The position numbers and the translations under genes were made by a program. The notes beneath the pieces were generated by a model. That model made no database searches. It was not told the origin of the DNA and saw only the letters and a list, made by a program, of their open reading frames with translations. Positions 22,415 through 37,499 of a stretch of DNA of 64,000 nt are shown here, in pieces; the stretch's first letter is position 1, and each line of letters opens with the position of its first letter. Source of the DNA: Octopus sinensis (Eukaryota); assembly GCF_006345805.1 (NCBI RefSeq), contig NC_043004.1:68386001-68450000 (forward strand), written 5' to 3'.

Positions 22415-23015
22415 TTTAAAGTTTCAGCTCAGAGCTGTGGCCATGCTGGGACACCGCCGTTTTCCTACACAGATATATCTGAGAGCCTCCTCTGATATGT
22501 GGCACTTGATGAAGAATGGAGTTTGATTTCACTACACTCATTTGCACCTCTTGCCGTGGGGTAGGTTCATCTAGGGCTCTCGACAGGAACAGGTCCAGTT
22601 TTGATTTGAAAACACCTACATCCAATTTGTGTACGTGTCGCAGGCTCTTTGGGAGAACATTAAAGAGCTGTGTCCCCTGAAACCCAGGCTATTGCAGTAA
22701 CTGGTCCTGGAGCGCGATGGCATTGCTGGGATATTTGGCAATGTGCAGTGTCGACCCGTTCTGGCATTGGTGTAGCTTTCAATGCCAAATTTGGCAAAAT
22801 TCCTTCGAGGATCTTCCAGATGTATTTTACTGCATACCTCTCCCGCCTTCACTCCAAGGAGTAGAGTCTTTGCTGTTTCAGGCTTTGCCAATAGCTGAAA
22901 TGCTGCAATGAGACGATCTTCTTTGTGAAGCTTCGCTGGGTTGCTTCAAGGTCCGCTGTTAATTTTACACTATTGGATGACCATAGCTGAGAGCAGTAAT
23001 CCAGGCGGCTGAGGA
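22415..23015 (-). mobile_element. CR1/L2-like LINE 3' fragment with complete 3' tail
   Basis: RTGRHCTLPNIP...YCNSLGFRG..., MDVGVFKSKLDLFLSRALDEPTPRQEVQM. The tail is GGCGGTGTCCCAGCATGGCCACAGCTCTGAGCTGAAAC. Confidence 0.9.
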
Positions 23016-23100
23016 CGAATGTATATATATTATTTATAATACATATATTATATATATTAAATATATAATATATATCTTAATACGTATATAGTATATATAT

Positions 23101-23145
<45 letters not shown>

Positions 23146-23385
23146 CATATATATATATATATCCGCATATAATATATATATCTGATATATTATATATGTA
23201 TTTAGTATACTCTTTTACTCTTTTACTTGTTTCAGTCATTTGACTGTGGCCATGCTGGTGCACCGCCTTTATATTTATCTAAATACATATATATGTATTA
23301 TATACATATATATATATACATATTTACATATATTGTATAATATATATATATATATATATATACATATTTATTATATTGTATATAG

Positions 23386-23453
<68 letters not shown>

Positions 23454-24518
23454 ACTAATATATAACGTATATACATAGACGTGTGTGAGGTGGGAGAGTA
23501 CAATATACATGCAAATATGGCATTCGGAGCTAAAATTGTGCTAATATAGGATTCTAAAAATACTTTCAATGTGTTACTTCGAATTTATTTTCAATTATTT
23601 GGGAAAATAATATTCGAGGTGTTGCCACAAATTTAATGTGAGTTTTGGAAACAATTATGCGCTTATCATAACTACTGAGTACACAGACGTTCTATGCGGC
23701 TGTTTGCGAAGGTTTGTGCGTGTATGCTTGTGTTATACACACACACACACGCACACACACAACACATATATATATATATATATACATATATACACATACA
23801 CATATATATATCTTTGTATGTATATATATATATATATTATATATATATACATATACATACATACGTATATATGTGTGTTTCACTATATATGTAGATAGAT
23901 ATGTGGGCATACGTAATTAAATATAGATATATATAAAATATATAAGTGTATATATGTGTGTGTATGTGTGTCTGTGTTTCTATGTGTATGTATACGTCGA
24001 TATATATAAATTTACCTATATATGCATATGCACACATGAATATATGTATGTAGATATGTATTTATGTGGCACGTTTCTTTAAGTATATTTAATTTGCTTA
24101 TACGAATTGAATTCCGTTATGATCACGCCTAGCCTATCCCACAACACGTTTCAAATAACTCTCATAATGTCTATTATTCCTACCTTCAAATACTTTTCTC
24201 TAAACACCTAGACACGCACTAAAAATTATCCCTCTGTATGGACGCGCATGTATTTATTATTGATATACGGTGTATATATTTATGTGTGCTTCATATTATA
24301 TATATATGTGCGGAGGGGATTTGGGTGTGTACATATATTTATGTACGTCCATACATATATTGGTAATGATGCACAAATATACATATTGATACGTAGTATA
24401 CACACACACATGTATATATATTACATATATGCACTCATGCAAACAGATGTACACACATACTCATATGTATGTATAGTTGAATACATATGCATGTATTTAT
24501 AATTACTGGTATATATAT

Positions 24519-24550
<32 letters not shown>

Positions 24551-24717
24551 CATACATACATACATACATACATACATACATACATACTACACATACATAC
24601 ATACATACATATAATTATATATCTGCCTATACATAGTTGACACTCATATACACAAGCACATTCGAGTTTCCGTGTCTTTTGGATATTTCCCATATATGCA
24701 GAGTAAAGTATGATGTG

Positions 24718-24756
<39 letters not shown>

Positions 24757-24829
24757 CTGTGTGTGTGTGTTTGTGTGTGTGTTTGTATGTATGTGTGTAT
24801 ATACATATATATATGTGCGTGTGTGTATA

Positions 24830-24861
<32 letters not shown>

Positions 24862-25446
24862 CATGTCTATGTGTGTGTATATGTGTGTATGTGTGTGTTT
24901 GTGTGTGCACACTCACACACTTATGAGGGCAAGCGTGCTTTTCCTTATTGGCAAATAATCAGTAAATAAAATAAAATCGTGTACCCTTGATATCACATTT
25001 CACTCATAAATTGAATCTATATCTCACGTCCTCTCAACAATATTATTATTGGGCTCCAATTTATGAAGAACAGTAAAGATAAAAAAAGGAAACAAAATAA
25101 AAAATATATATAGATTAAAAAAAGCATATCGGAAAACAAATTAAATTTTTTTTCAAGACACCGCTAAAATATATATTATTTAATGAGGGAATCCATGGAG
25201 AAGTTATTAATATTATTATGGTGAATTGGAAAATATAAATTTTATGGAGGTATGCAAAAAGTTGAAATGTAATCACAAATAATTCTACATATACAAAGAT
25301 ATACGTGTGTACACACATACATATACACACAGACAGAGACACACACACAAAGATATATTTGTAATACATATATCTACACACACACACACATATATATATA
25401 GATATGTATTTGTGTGTTTGCGTATGTTTGTATACATATATACGTA

Positions 25447-25499
<53 letters not shown>

Positions 25500-25595
25500 G
25501 ATATATATAACATTTTTTGTACCGGACTGGCGCTTTGTTTTCAATTATATTATATATAAAAAAATATATACATAATTGTGTGTGTTTGTGTGTGA

Positions 25596-25649
<54 letters not shown>

Positions 25650-25800
25650 ACGGAGAGTTTGACTGAATGGGTAGATGTTTGCGCCGCTAGAATAAGGTAC
25701 AGGTTCGAGCCGTATGCGTAGAATCTTTGACAAATGAATTTTTGTATAGACTCCGGTCGACTCCGGTGAATGAGATTGTATGAAGAGCAGCGTTGGAAAT
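25650..25800 (+). mobile_element. Degenerate tRNA-derived SINE head
   Basis: A-box-like TGACTGAATGG and B-box-like GGTTCGAGCC at tRNA spacing, with no cloverleaf. Confidence 0.4.
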
Positions 25801-26079
25801 TACATCCAAGGCCCGTGTGTACCTGTGATTCCAAAATTTTAAATCAAATGATACAAGTATGCCATACATTATGCTCCGTAGATCCACTCTAAAGGATAAC
25901 GCTAAAATTCCTCTGTGTATGCTGTGTTCTGCTACTTATACGTTAATATTTGGCTGTTATTTTAATCGGTTGCCGAAAGAACTGAATATATAATATATAT
26001 ATATATATATATATAATATATATATATATTCTAAATATATTATATATATAAACTGAATATATATAAAATGAAGGATATC

Positions 26080-26690
26080 TCGAATGCAAGACAATAGCTG
26101 TAAAAACAGCCTTGGAAAGTCGAGTAGGGGTACCTTCTTTCGTTTCTAATCGGAGTCTCGACTTTTGTCTATTTGTAAAAAAATATTCTCACATTTCAAA
26201 AGTAAATATTTAGCGTTACAAAAGAGCGTATCTGTTTTCAGAGGCCATTTAACTCAATGGCACATATCTCGAAGCCGGATTTCAAGAGATACAGATTTCG
26301 ATTCTATATATACCGACTGCCAGCCCTATGTTCGTCTGGAGGGAAATTTTACCCGTTGTTCTAAAGCTTCTTTCACAGCGTTGGAGCTTTCTTTCATTTT
26401 TGAATGTGTACATATAATATTTCTCGGTGACAGTATGCAACAAGATGTTCACTGACGATCTGTTGTAGTCAGGTCCCCAAATGCACATGCAACATTCAGT
26501 ACAAATTTTCATCGACTACAATGTTAAAACGTGCGTAAGAACAAATAATATAACTCCTAAATCGCCCTGTATATCTAATCTAGATAGTAGTTACTTAATC
26601 AATACACTTGAAGCAAACTGGATTATGATGATCGACGTGGAGTTCGAAAGTTGATAGTAACGGTCGTTCGTACATCGAATTGTACACACC
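26080..26690 (-). mobile_element. Penelope-like remnant (GIY-YIG C-terminus)
   Basis: Frameshifted PDY.QIVSEHL..C...YTF.MKESS...KF, similar to the LSEHINICA...F.IF.YK segment at 28216-28431. Bounded by (TA)n. Confidence 0.5.
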
Positions 26691-26739
26691 AGATTATATA
26701 TATGTATATAAATATATATATATATAATATATATATATA

Positions 26740-27250
26740 AAATTAATTAAGGGTAGAAATTGATATTAGTCAATTAAAACCAGTGGTCTAGCATATTAAA
26801 AAGAATCCGAAGATTAAAATATTTATATATACCAATTAAGGACTGAACACGAAAAGTGGACAGTCAACATGCTAGATATAGACGTCAAATCGCCATTCTC
26901 CAAAAAGATTATGTTCTCAAATAAAACTTAGCACAAAACCGAAGCAATAAACAAGACAAATGAAAATATACGAAATAAAATAATTACCCATGTTTTTGCA
27001 TCTAGTCCAGCAAATTGTATTCATAACAGACCATGGTGATGAGGTTACAGTTATCCTTGCGGATAATAATAACCGAAACTGATCAGTACATGGGTAATTA
27101 TTTTATTTCGTATATTTTCATTTGTCTTGTTTATTGCTTCGGTTTTGTGCTGAGTTTTATTTGAGAACATAATCTTTGTGGAGAATGACGATTTGACGTC
27201 TATATCTAGCATGTTGACTGTCCACTTTTCGTGTTCAGTCCTTAATTCGT
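26740..27250. mobile_element. Inverted Penelope-type terminal repeats (160-bp arms, 94-bp spacer holding a hammerhead)
   Basis: 26834-26993 is the reverse complement of 27088-27247 with 3 mismatches. (TA)n lies on both sides. Confidence 0.8.
27031..27093 (+). ncRNA. Type I hammerhead ribozyme with C3-to-G substitution
   Basis: CCATG gTGATGA GGTT(acag TTATCC ttgc GGATAA taat)AACC GAAA CTGATCAG TA CATGG. Stem I is 5 bp, stem III is the palindrome ACTGATCAGT, and the GUA site is after 27088. Confidence 0.8.
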
Positions 27251-27629
27251 ATATATATATATACATATTCAATTTTCAAAGAAAAATGCGGAGAAATAGT
27301 AAGCAGGATAGCCAAATGTCACAGAAGCACTTTAAGATATTGGTAACCACACTAACATGGGTAATAATTTCAGGGAGATGAGACGTGTTTTGGAGGATTT
27401 AGGATTTATAATATCCACCGTGATAAGACTGAAACATTAGTCCACCTTATATTTCCTCCCGGATTAATTTTAATGCATCCATGAAAACATATATGTTGGT
27501 TATATAAATGATTTAAATAACATTTCTCTTCTATATTTATTTATATATATATGTGTCTGTGTCTGTATGTGTATGTATGTATGTATGTATGTATGTATGT
27601 ATGTATGTATGTATAAGTATGTATGTATA

Positions 27630-27900
27630 TATGTCTTGCAAACAACTTGCACATGCACGTGCTACCAGTCGAGAACTCCGCATACCGGAAGGCAGCCTGA
27701 GTATGGGGTCATCAAGAGAGAATGTGCGCCGTTTCGGGACCTACCTCTTGCACACCGGCCCCGCTCACTGGTATGAGGCTCCGCTTTCTAGATCAACTGG
27801 TTATTAAATAAAACTCACTATTTCCAGCCATTGCTCCTTGTCTCTTTTTAACCAAGTCTTTAAATATGTAACTATTTCCATAGTCTTCAGATAGACTTCT
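27630..27900 (-). mobile_element. HERO-type element 3' end, diverged second copy
   Basis: The reverse complement aligns to about 5980-6240 (GTTAAAAAGAGAC..., TGATCTAG.AAGCGG, GGCGCACATTCTCTC.TGATGACCCCATAC, GCATGTGCAAGTTGTT.GCAAGACAT). Confidence 0.85.
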
Positions 27901-27994
27901 CTCCACCTATTCGTTTGTGAAAGCCTTGTAGGTGGCTTGTATGTGTGTGTGTGTGTGGGGGGTAGAAAGTACAAAGGTAATACACGAGTTGATA

Positions 27995-28775
27995 TGTATT
28001 GGGAAAATAAGACAAGGTAGAAAATGCTAAAATAATTATATCATGAAGCACATTTTAGTACCGGTTTCCGACTTTTAGACTTTTTCAACGGAGGGTAAAA
28101 TAAGGAAAACAATTAAAATGGAGAAAATTAGTGGATCACATTTTAGTACCGGTTTCCGACTTTTAGACTTTTTCAACGGAGGGTAAAATAAGGAAAACAA
28201 TTAAAATGGAGAAAATTAGTGGATATTTCCATAGTCCCTGAATTTATAGTGGAGGAAAATTATAAAGTTAGGTTGTTCGTTACTGGCGCAAATATTGATG
28301 TGCTCGCTTAATCCTATTTTACTGTATTTTCGTATGTTAATCTGGGATCTATGTACCGTCATACTCTGGCGTAGACTGTTTTTGGTGACAGCACTCCTGA
28401 AGTTTTCTTTCTTTCCCCCTATCCCTCTCATTTCCTTACTCCTACTTCTCTTCCCCCTACATCTTCTTCTCCTCCTGCTCCTCCTTTTTCTTTTTCCTCT
28501 GCTTCAACCATCAATTCTCTGTACCCAGACTATTCCTTCAGATTTACTACTAGCCACCTACGAGGCTTTCACGAAGGAATAGAGACAGAGAAGTCTATCT
28601 CAAGACTATGGAAATATCTATAAAAATTTTCACTTAATTTTTTTCCTCCAATTTAATTGTTTTTCTTATTTTACTCTTCGCTGAAAAAGTCTAAAAGTCG
28701 GAAACCAGTACTAAAATGTACTTCATGATAAAATGATTTTACCATTTTCTACCTTGTCTTATTTTCCTCTTTTAC
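27995..28775 (-). mobile_element. Penelope-like element: GIY-YIG remnant, terminal repeat with 88-bp tandem duplication, and inverted terminal-repeat copy
   Basis: ORF 28216-28431 reads TKNSLRQSMTVHRSQINIRKYSKIGLSEHINICASNEQPNFIIFLHYK. 28049-28136 equals 28137-28224. 28610-28770 is an inverted copy of ~27995-28250. Confidence 0.8.
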
Positions 28776-28811
28776 ACGCACACACACACACAGCATACAC
28801 AACACATACAT

Positions 28812-28855
<44 letters not shown>

Positions 28856-29164
28856 CTATATACAAATATTTTCATACCTTTATTTATATATGTATGCTAT
28901 GTGTGTGTGAGTGTGTTTTTGTAAGTGTGAATATCTGACAATACGGTAGAGTCCTGCACCTTCAAAACTTTGTATTGGTGTTCAGTCAAGCTATTAAATG
29001 GATGCAGGTTCAAGCAAATATATCAAATTTACTTTCGTTTCTTCATTGAACACACGCACCACACTAGCGAGAGAGTGAGAGAGAGAAAGAGAGAGAGAGC
29101 GAGGAGAAAGAGGAGAGAGAGGAGATAAGAGAGAGAGAGGAGAGAAAGCAAAGAGAGAGAGAAC

Positions 29165-31860
<2,696 letters not shown>

Positions 31861-32124
31861 GACGAAAACTCGATGCAGTTAGAAGTATAAACATCCTCAT
31901 AAAAATACATAGATACATAGAAACTATCGTGTGTACTTTCATAAATACATATGTTCATATGTGTGTGTGTGTGTGTTTGTGCGTGTGTGTGTGTATTAGT
32001 AATTCATATAACGCTGGGCAGTAAAAATGAAGGAATTGCATCTGTACTAAATTACAAGCACAGGAAATCTTCAAATTTTTCAACGAAAAGAAATAAAATT
32101 TAACGAAATTAAAGTAATCATTTC

Positions 32125-32325
32125 TAAGATAGGCTCATGGCCTGAAATTTTGTGGGAGAGGAATGGTCGGTTTAATCGACCCCATTGATTCACTGGTACT
32201 TAATTTATCGATCCTGAAATCAAAGTCGACTTCGGCTCAATTAGAACTCAGAACGTAGTGGCAGACGAAATGCTGCTCAGTATTTCGCCCGGCGTTCTAC
32301 CGATTCAGCCAGCTCGCCGTCTTAG
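32125..32325 (-). mobile_element. SINE family A
   Basis: AAAGTCGACTTCGGC..AACTCAGAACGTAG..GACGAAATGC..CCCGGCGTTCTACCGATTCAGCCAGCTCGCCG. Confidence 0.88.
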
Positions 32326-33064
32326 AAAAAAATAATAATACAAAAAATAAACTAGAATAGTTATATTATAGCTGGTTGATTTTTATTTTTTCTGAAAACC
32401 CTAGCTTATCTTCATGGACATTTACGTAGTTATCCACATAATCAAGTTCACCGCTAATTATCAGTATAAATATGAATTTATAATCTGCGTGCGGTAACTA
32501 GAGGTTCCGAAGCAGTTTTCAGGGGATATCATCTTTCTCTTTGATTTTTCAAAGCGATATTGACTTTTGACATCAGCAGGGAATCTGGCCTCAACAAAAT
32601 TGCGTTCAACCTCCAGGTTTTCTTTGATGTAAGCTAGTGCGGCTTTTTGGGAGTTGTATGAAAGACCCCTCAGAAGTTAGTGAATCCAGACGAGATCACT
32701 ACTGACACCTACGATGTTGTTTTCTTCGCTTTACAGCACTATGTTTACGTATTTCTTTTTTTTTTTTCTGTTGTCGTTTAGCAGTTGCTTACTGAAAGAG
32801 ACTATACGAGGCTGTACCGCCTCTACCTCTTTCATTTCTTCTTAGGTAGAACCTTTCGATATCATAGATTTTTGTGGCCTTTTTCATTTGATGTTAGGAT
32901 ATCTCGTGTTAAACACTATAGAGTGGAGTGGATTATCTGTATGGATTGGTCAATTATCCCAATTAGAACTGAGATATTATCTTGTAAGGGGAGAGTTGCG
33001 GCTGCCATTCTTTCGAGATCTGGTATTATATTGTTTGTATTTATATACAGCCTATTAATATTTA

Positions 33065-33460
33065 TGGCAGGTGATTCAGTTGTTGTTTGCTGATGATACA
33101 TCACTGGTGGCGGATTCGAAAGAGCAATTGATGAGACTGGTTGTAGAGTTTGGAAGAGTGTGTGAGAAGAGGAAACTGAAAGTGAATGTATCTAAGTGTT
33201 AGGTGATGAGATGTTCGAGAGATGGAAGGGCTGGTAGGATGGATGTGAGTATAAATGGTGAAATATTAGAGGAGGTGAGTGTTTTTAAGTATCTGGGATC
33301 ACATGTGACGGCGGATGTGGGGTTGATTGAGGAAGTGGGATATAGAATGAAGGAGGGAAGTAAGATATTTGGAGTTGTGAAAGGTTGAGTATGATAGCGA
33401 AAAGAAGTGTGTATGAGGGCGCTGTTGTGCCGACAATGTTATATGGTGCAGAGGGGGCTG
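33065..33460 (+). mobile_element. RTE-clade LINE internal fragment (RT)
   Basis: QLLFADDTSLVADSKEQLMRLVVEFGRVCEKRKLKVNVSK, FKYLGSHV and YEGAVVPTMLYGAE. Confidence 0.9.
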
Positions 33461-33489
33461 ACTGAGTCGGAAAGATGGCGACTATATAT

Positions 33490-33772
33490 GATTGTCAACA
33501 TTTATTTACAACCAGGACGATGGATGAGGGGAACAATACAAAGACAGACATAAAATGGGGGGTAATACAGTTCTAAATTTAAGAGAAGAGGAATTATGTA
33601 CAAAATTTTTAGTTTATTTACAATCAACGAATATTTATCCTCATCGTGTTTGTTGTTAACACAATGTTTCGGCTGATATACTCTCCAGCCTTCATCAGGT
33701 GTCTTGGGAAAATTTTGAACCTGGGTTCTCATTCCAAAGGTATTTTCAATGTTGTTGTTATTATTATTATTA

Positions 33773-33822
<50 letters not shown>

Positions 33823-34025
33823 CGTCACTTCTTGGAATCGGACTTGGAATTTTGGGGTTAGTAGTAATAATAATAACATTGAAAAATACCTTAGGAGTGA
33901 GAACCCAGGTTCTAAATTTCACCAAGACACCTGATGAAGGCTGGAGGGTATATCATCCGAAACGTGTTAACAACAAACAAGATTAGGAAAAATATCCGTC
34001 GAATGTAAATAATGTAAATAATGTA
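33490..34025. mobile_element. Inverted pair of Penelope-type terminal repeats, each with a minimal hammerhead, separated by (ATT)n
   Basis: About 33608-33760 (minus) and 33865-34020 (plus) share GAACCCAGGTTC.AAATTT.CCAAGACACCTGATGAAGGCTGGAG.GTATATCA.CCGAAAC. Confidence 0.8.
33658..33703 (-). ncRNA. Minimal type I hammerhead, one stem III lesion (second copy on the plus strand at 33926-33968)
   Basis: GACAC CTGATGA A GGCTG(gagagtatat)CAGCC GAAAC ATT GTGTT. The inferred consensus is GAAACGTT|GTGTT with palindromic AACGTT. Confidence 0.75.
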
Positions 34026-34126
34026 TGAAGTGTGGGGGTTTGTATATAACTAAACAAGTAAATAAGTAACAAACAAAGAAACAAAAAATTTATTCACGGT
34101 ATACAATGAAAAGGAAAGGAAATATA

Positions 34127-34523
34127 TCTTTATATATAAAAATGAAGTTGTGTGTCTGTCTCCTACGATTTAGATTCCTAACTACTCCCACATTTTGCGG
34201 TGCAGTTTAACCAAAACCGGGTATCTTATAGTCGTGATTCATATCGAGCCCTTCTGGGTATTAGCGCGCGTCTACGATGACTCTACGATTTAAAAAAAAA
34301 TTTACCATCATTTTCCCCCATTTTTAATGCATTTTTTTGCTATCATATAAGGGAAGTAACTCTCTAAAAATGTATTATTAAATCTCAGAACATAAAAAGC
34401 TACAGTAACACCCCCCCCTTTGTGGTTAGCCATATTGAGATGGCTATTATACTTTACATCTCTAAAGATGCTTATATAGTTATTTCCCTTACAAACCCGA
34501 GCAACGCCGGGCGATACTGCTAG
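34127..34523 (+). mobile_element. Non-autonomous Helitron (family of 6924-7559)
   Basis: It starts A|TCTTTATATATAAAAA and ends CCCGAGCAACGCCGGGCGATACTGCTAG|T. Confidence 0.88.
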
Positions 34524-34539
34524 TATAGTATATAAAGCT

Positions 34540-35010
34540 TTAAAGAAAATTAAAAAAAGCGAGAGGATGATAGAGAGGTAGACTTCCTGATAAAGGATCA
34601 CCTCTAGAGATAAATGAGGAACCCCACTGTCCGACATTTCCTTGAACACCAAGAACAAGTGCCCTCTCCAATTCCTTCTCTCTGACGTACAAGTCTCCAC
34701 TTGCTATTTTGGCAATTTTCACCCATTTTTCAGTAAACTCGTGCGAGGGCAACACTTGCCTTTCCACCCTCGTAAATGAGATCCCTGCCGAAGAGGAAAT
34801 TACCTGTCCTCATACCTTTCAGCCTTCTTCAACAAACAACCTCTTTCGCCACAGTTGCAAAGTAAGGGAAAACTACCTTCCATGGCTGATTGAGGAAGAG
34901 CAGCGGGAGAATCATGGATACAGACTCGGTCGATAGACAGATCCGTTCCACAGTTGAAACGAAAAGATTGAATGGTGCCGTAGGCTGCAGGCAGCAAGCC
35001 TGCTACGAAT
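34540..35010 (-). mobile_element. L1/Tx1-like LINE C-terminal and 3' remnant
   Basis: ERQVLPSHEFTEKWVKIAKIA resembles the C-terminus of invertebrate Tx1-like ORF2 as I recall it. The upstream frames are decayed. Confidence 0.5.
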
Positions 35011-35538
35011 GGAAAACTCCAAGAGTTAGAACAAAACCTGAGATAAAAACAATGATAATAATATTATATTGATAGATATACACGAGCATGCATGCAGAAA
35101 TATATTCGTGTTTGTGCGTGGGGGGTGCAGGACTCATATATACATTTACAAACATATAGCATCTGTGTCAGAGAAATATCCCCCATCCCTGAGATTGCTA
35201 TAAATTTATGTTTTAAGTTTGTATCACGCCCTTCACTGATAAGAAAAACAATTTATAAAACAATAAAGTTCTAAAAGATATACAAATAGTGTGTGGAAAG
35301 AGAATCATACCATATGCCGAAGAACTTGAGAAAGTTTTCTCCATTAATATACAATTACTTTGACAGAATTTAATTGTCATTTCAGTGCCAAAGCAGAGAA
35401 TGTCCAATCACAAATATGCATATTAAATAAAGTTTGGGCGTTGTGTATCTTATTCTGTCAGCGAATCATTTTACTTGGGACTCTCTCATTTCAGATTACG
35501 TAATAGACCGGTTACGTAAAAGCAGACATGTGCATCTA

Positions 35539-35583
<45 letters not shown>

Positions 35584-35888
35584 TGTGTGTGTGTATATAT
35601 ACGGAGAGAGAGAGGTATGTGTGTGTCTGTGTTTGCATGTATATATATATATATATATATGTGTGTGCGTGTGTATGTATATATATATATGTATATATAT
35701 TTATGTATATATATATATATGTATGTATATCTATGTATGTATGTATGTATATATGTATATGTTTGTATATATATAATATATATATATTCATATATATATA
35801 TATAGAGAGAGAGAGAGAGGATGAGGGAGATAGTATGATAGGTAGAAACAAAGATAGACAGATACATGCTAGTATATATGTACATACG

Positions 35889-35957
<69 letters not shown>

Positions 35958-36056
35958 GCAATGAAGTAGATGATAGTGTCTTTCTGTGTATCACCATACT
36001 TTCACATACACACATGGAAATGAATGTAAACTTACCTATGTACATCTGTGTGTGTG

Positions 36057-36098
<42 letters not shown>

Positions 36099-36577
36099 TG
36101 CGTCTTTGAGTGTGATAGGAGGTCTGCGTGTTCATCTTGATGTATGTATGTATTTTGTTCTTCTCATCTATATCTGTGTGTAACTAGCCACATAGAGTGT
36201 CTGCGAAAGCATTAAATGAGACAGTAAACGGAATAAGACCTGGAATATATTGGCAATATGCTATTCACTAAATACACAACAGTGACGCTTCCCTTGCTCG
36301 ATGCCAACGTAAAGATATCTGAGCGTTGTAACACAGCCAAATGAATACAAATAGTAACAACAACAAGTACACCAACAACGACAACAACAATAACAAAAGC
36401 AAGGGGAAGTGTAACAATAATTACAACTACGATACCAAATATGGCCATTATTGTATTACGAAATGTAGCGGGAGCTAAGTGTGGTTGCGGACACTTTCCA
36501 ATTCCTCGTCGTTTAACTTGTGATCAATTAATAATTGCAGGTTGTCACAAGTTAACCTGAAAGAATTACATACACTG

Positions 36578-36661
<84 letters not shown>

Positions 36662-36667
36662 AAACTT

Positions 36668-37142
36668 ATAGAATAAGTACTAGGCTTACAAAGAAAAAGT
36701 CCTGGGGTCGATTTGCTCGATTAAAGGCGGTGCTGCAGCATGGCCACAGTCAAATGACTGAAATAAATAAAAGAGTAAAAGCGTATACTCTTTTATTTTT
36801 TACAGTCATTTGACTGTGGCCATGCTGCAGCGCCGCCTTTAGACGAGCAAATCAGCCCCATGACTTATTCTTTGTAAGCCTAGTACTTATTCTATCGGTC
36901 TCTTTTGCTGAACCGCTAAATTACGGGTACGTAAACACAGCATCATCGGTTGTCAAGCGATGTTGGGGTTACAAACACAGACACACAAACATATATACAC
37001 ACATACATATATATACATATACATATATACGACGGGCTTCTTTCAGGTTCCGCCTACCAAATCCATAGCTTGCCCAAGGTGCCACGCAGTGGGACTGAAG
37101 CCGGAACCATGTGGTTCGTAAGCAAACTATTTACCACACAGC
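36668..37142. mobile_element. SINE family B: full minus copy (36786-37142) plus an inverted duplicate of its 3' part (36668-36780)
   Basis: Tail-to-tail arms of ~110 bp around a loop near 36780. Confidence 0.88.
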
Positions 37143-37499
37143 TACTATATATATATACATATATATATATAATATATATATATGTATGTTTGTATGTATG
37201 TATGTATGTATGTTTGTATGTATGTATGTATGCATATATAAAAGTACAGGAGTATAGATATATATGGGTGTTCGTAGGTAGAGAATTTTAAAAGCTCATA
37301 TGTTGTATTAAATAAAAACCCTTGAACAGAAATGTTCAGACACCCAATTGTGGAATAACAGACACGTACCTACCATATCCTGGTCTGTCGTCACATACAT
37401 ACGACAGGGCAACTTTTTCAGCTCCCTTCTTAGACATTTTAATGTTGTGAGCGAGAAAGATATGTGTATGTTAGTTTCTAAAACGAAAGAATAATAATA

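Noticed and set aside
32480-33060. Protein-like frames (minus QKAALAYIKENLEVERNF..., plus ORF 32785-33093) near a long polypyrimidine tract
   Set aside because: The frames conflict across strands, the splice sites are inconsistent and no family is recognised.
36475-36556. Minus-strand terminal-exon candidate (TTCTTTCAG| then LTCDNLQLLIDHKLNDEELESVRNHT*)
   Set aside because: It is short, has no recognisable homology and no partner exon, and overlaps a small inverted repeat. It cannot be told apart from chance.
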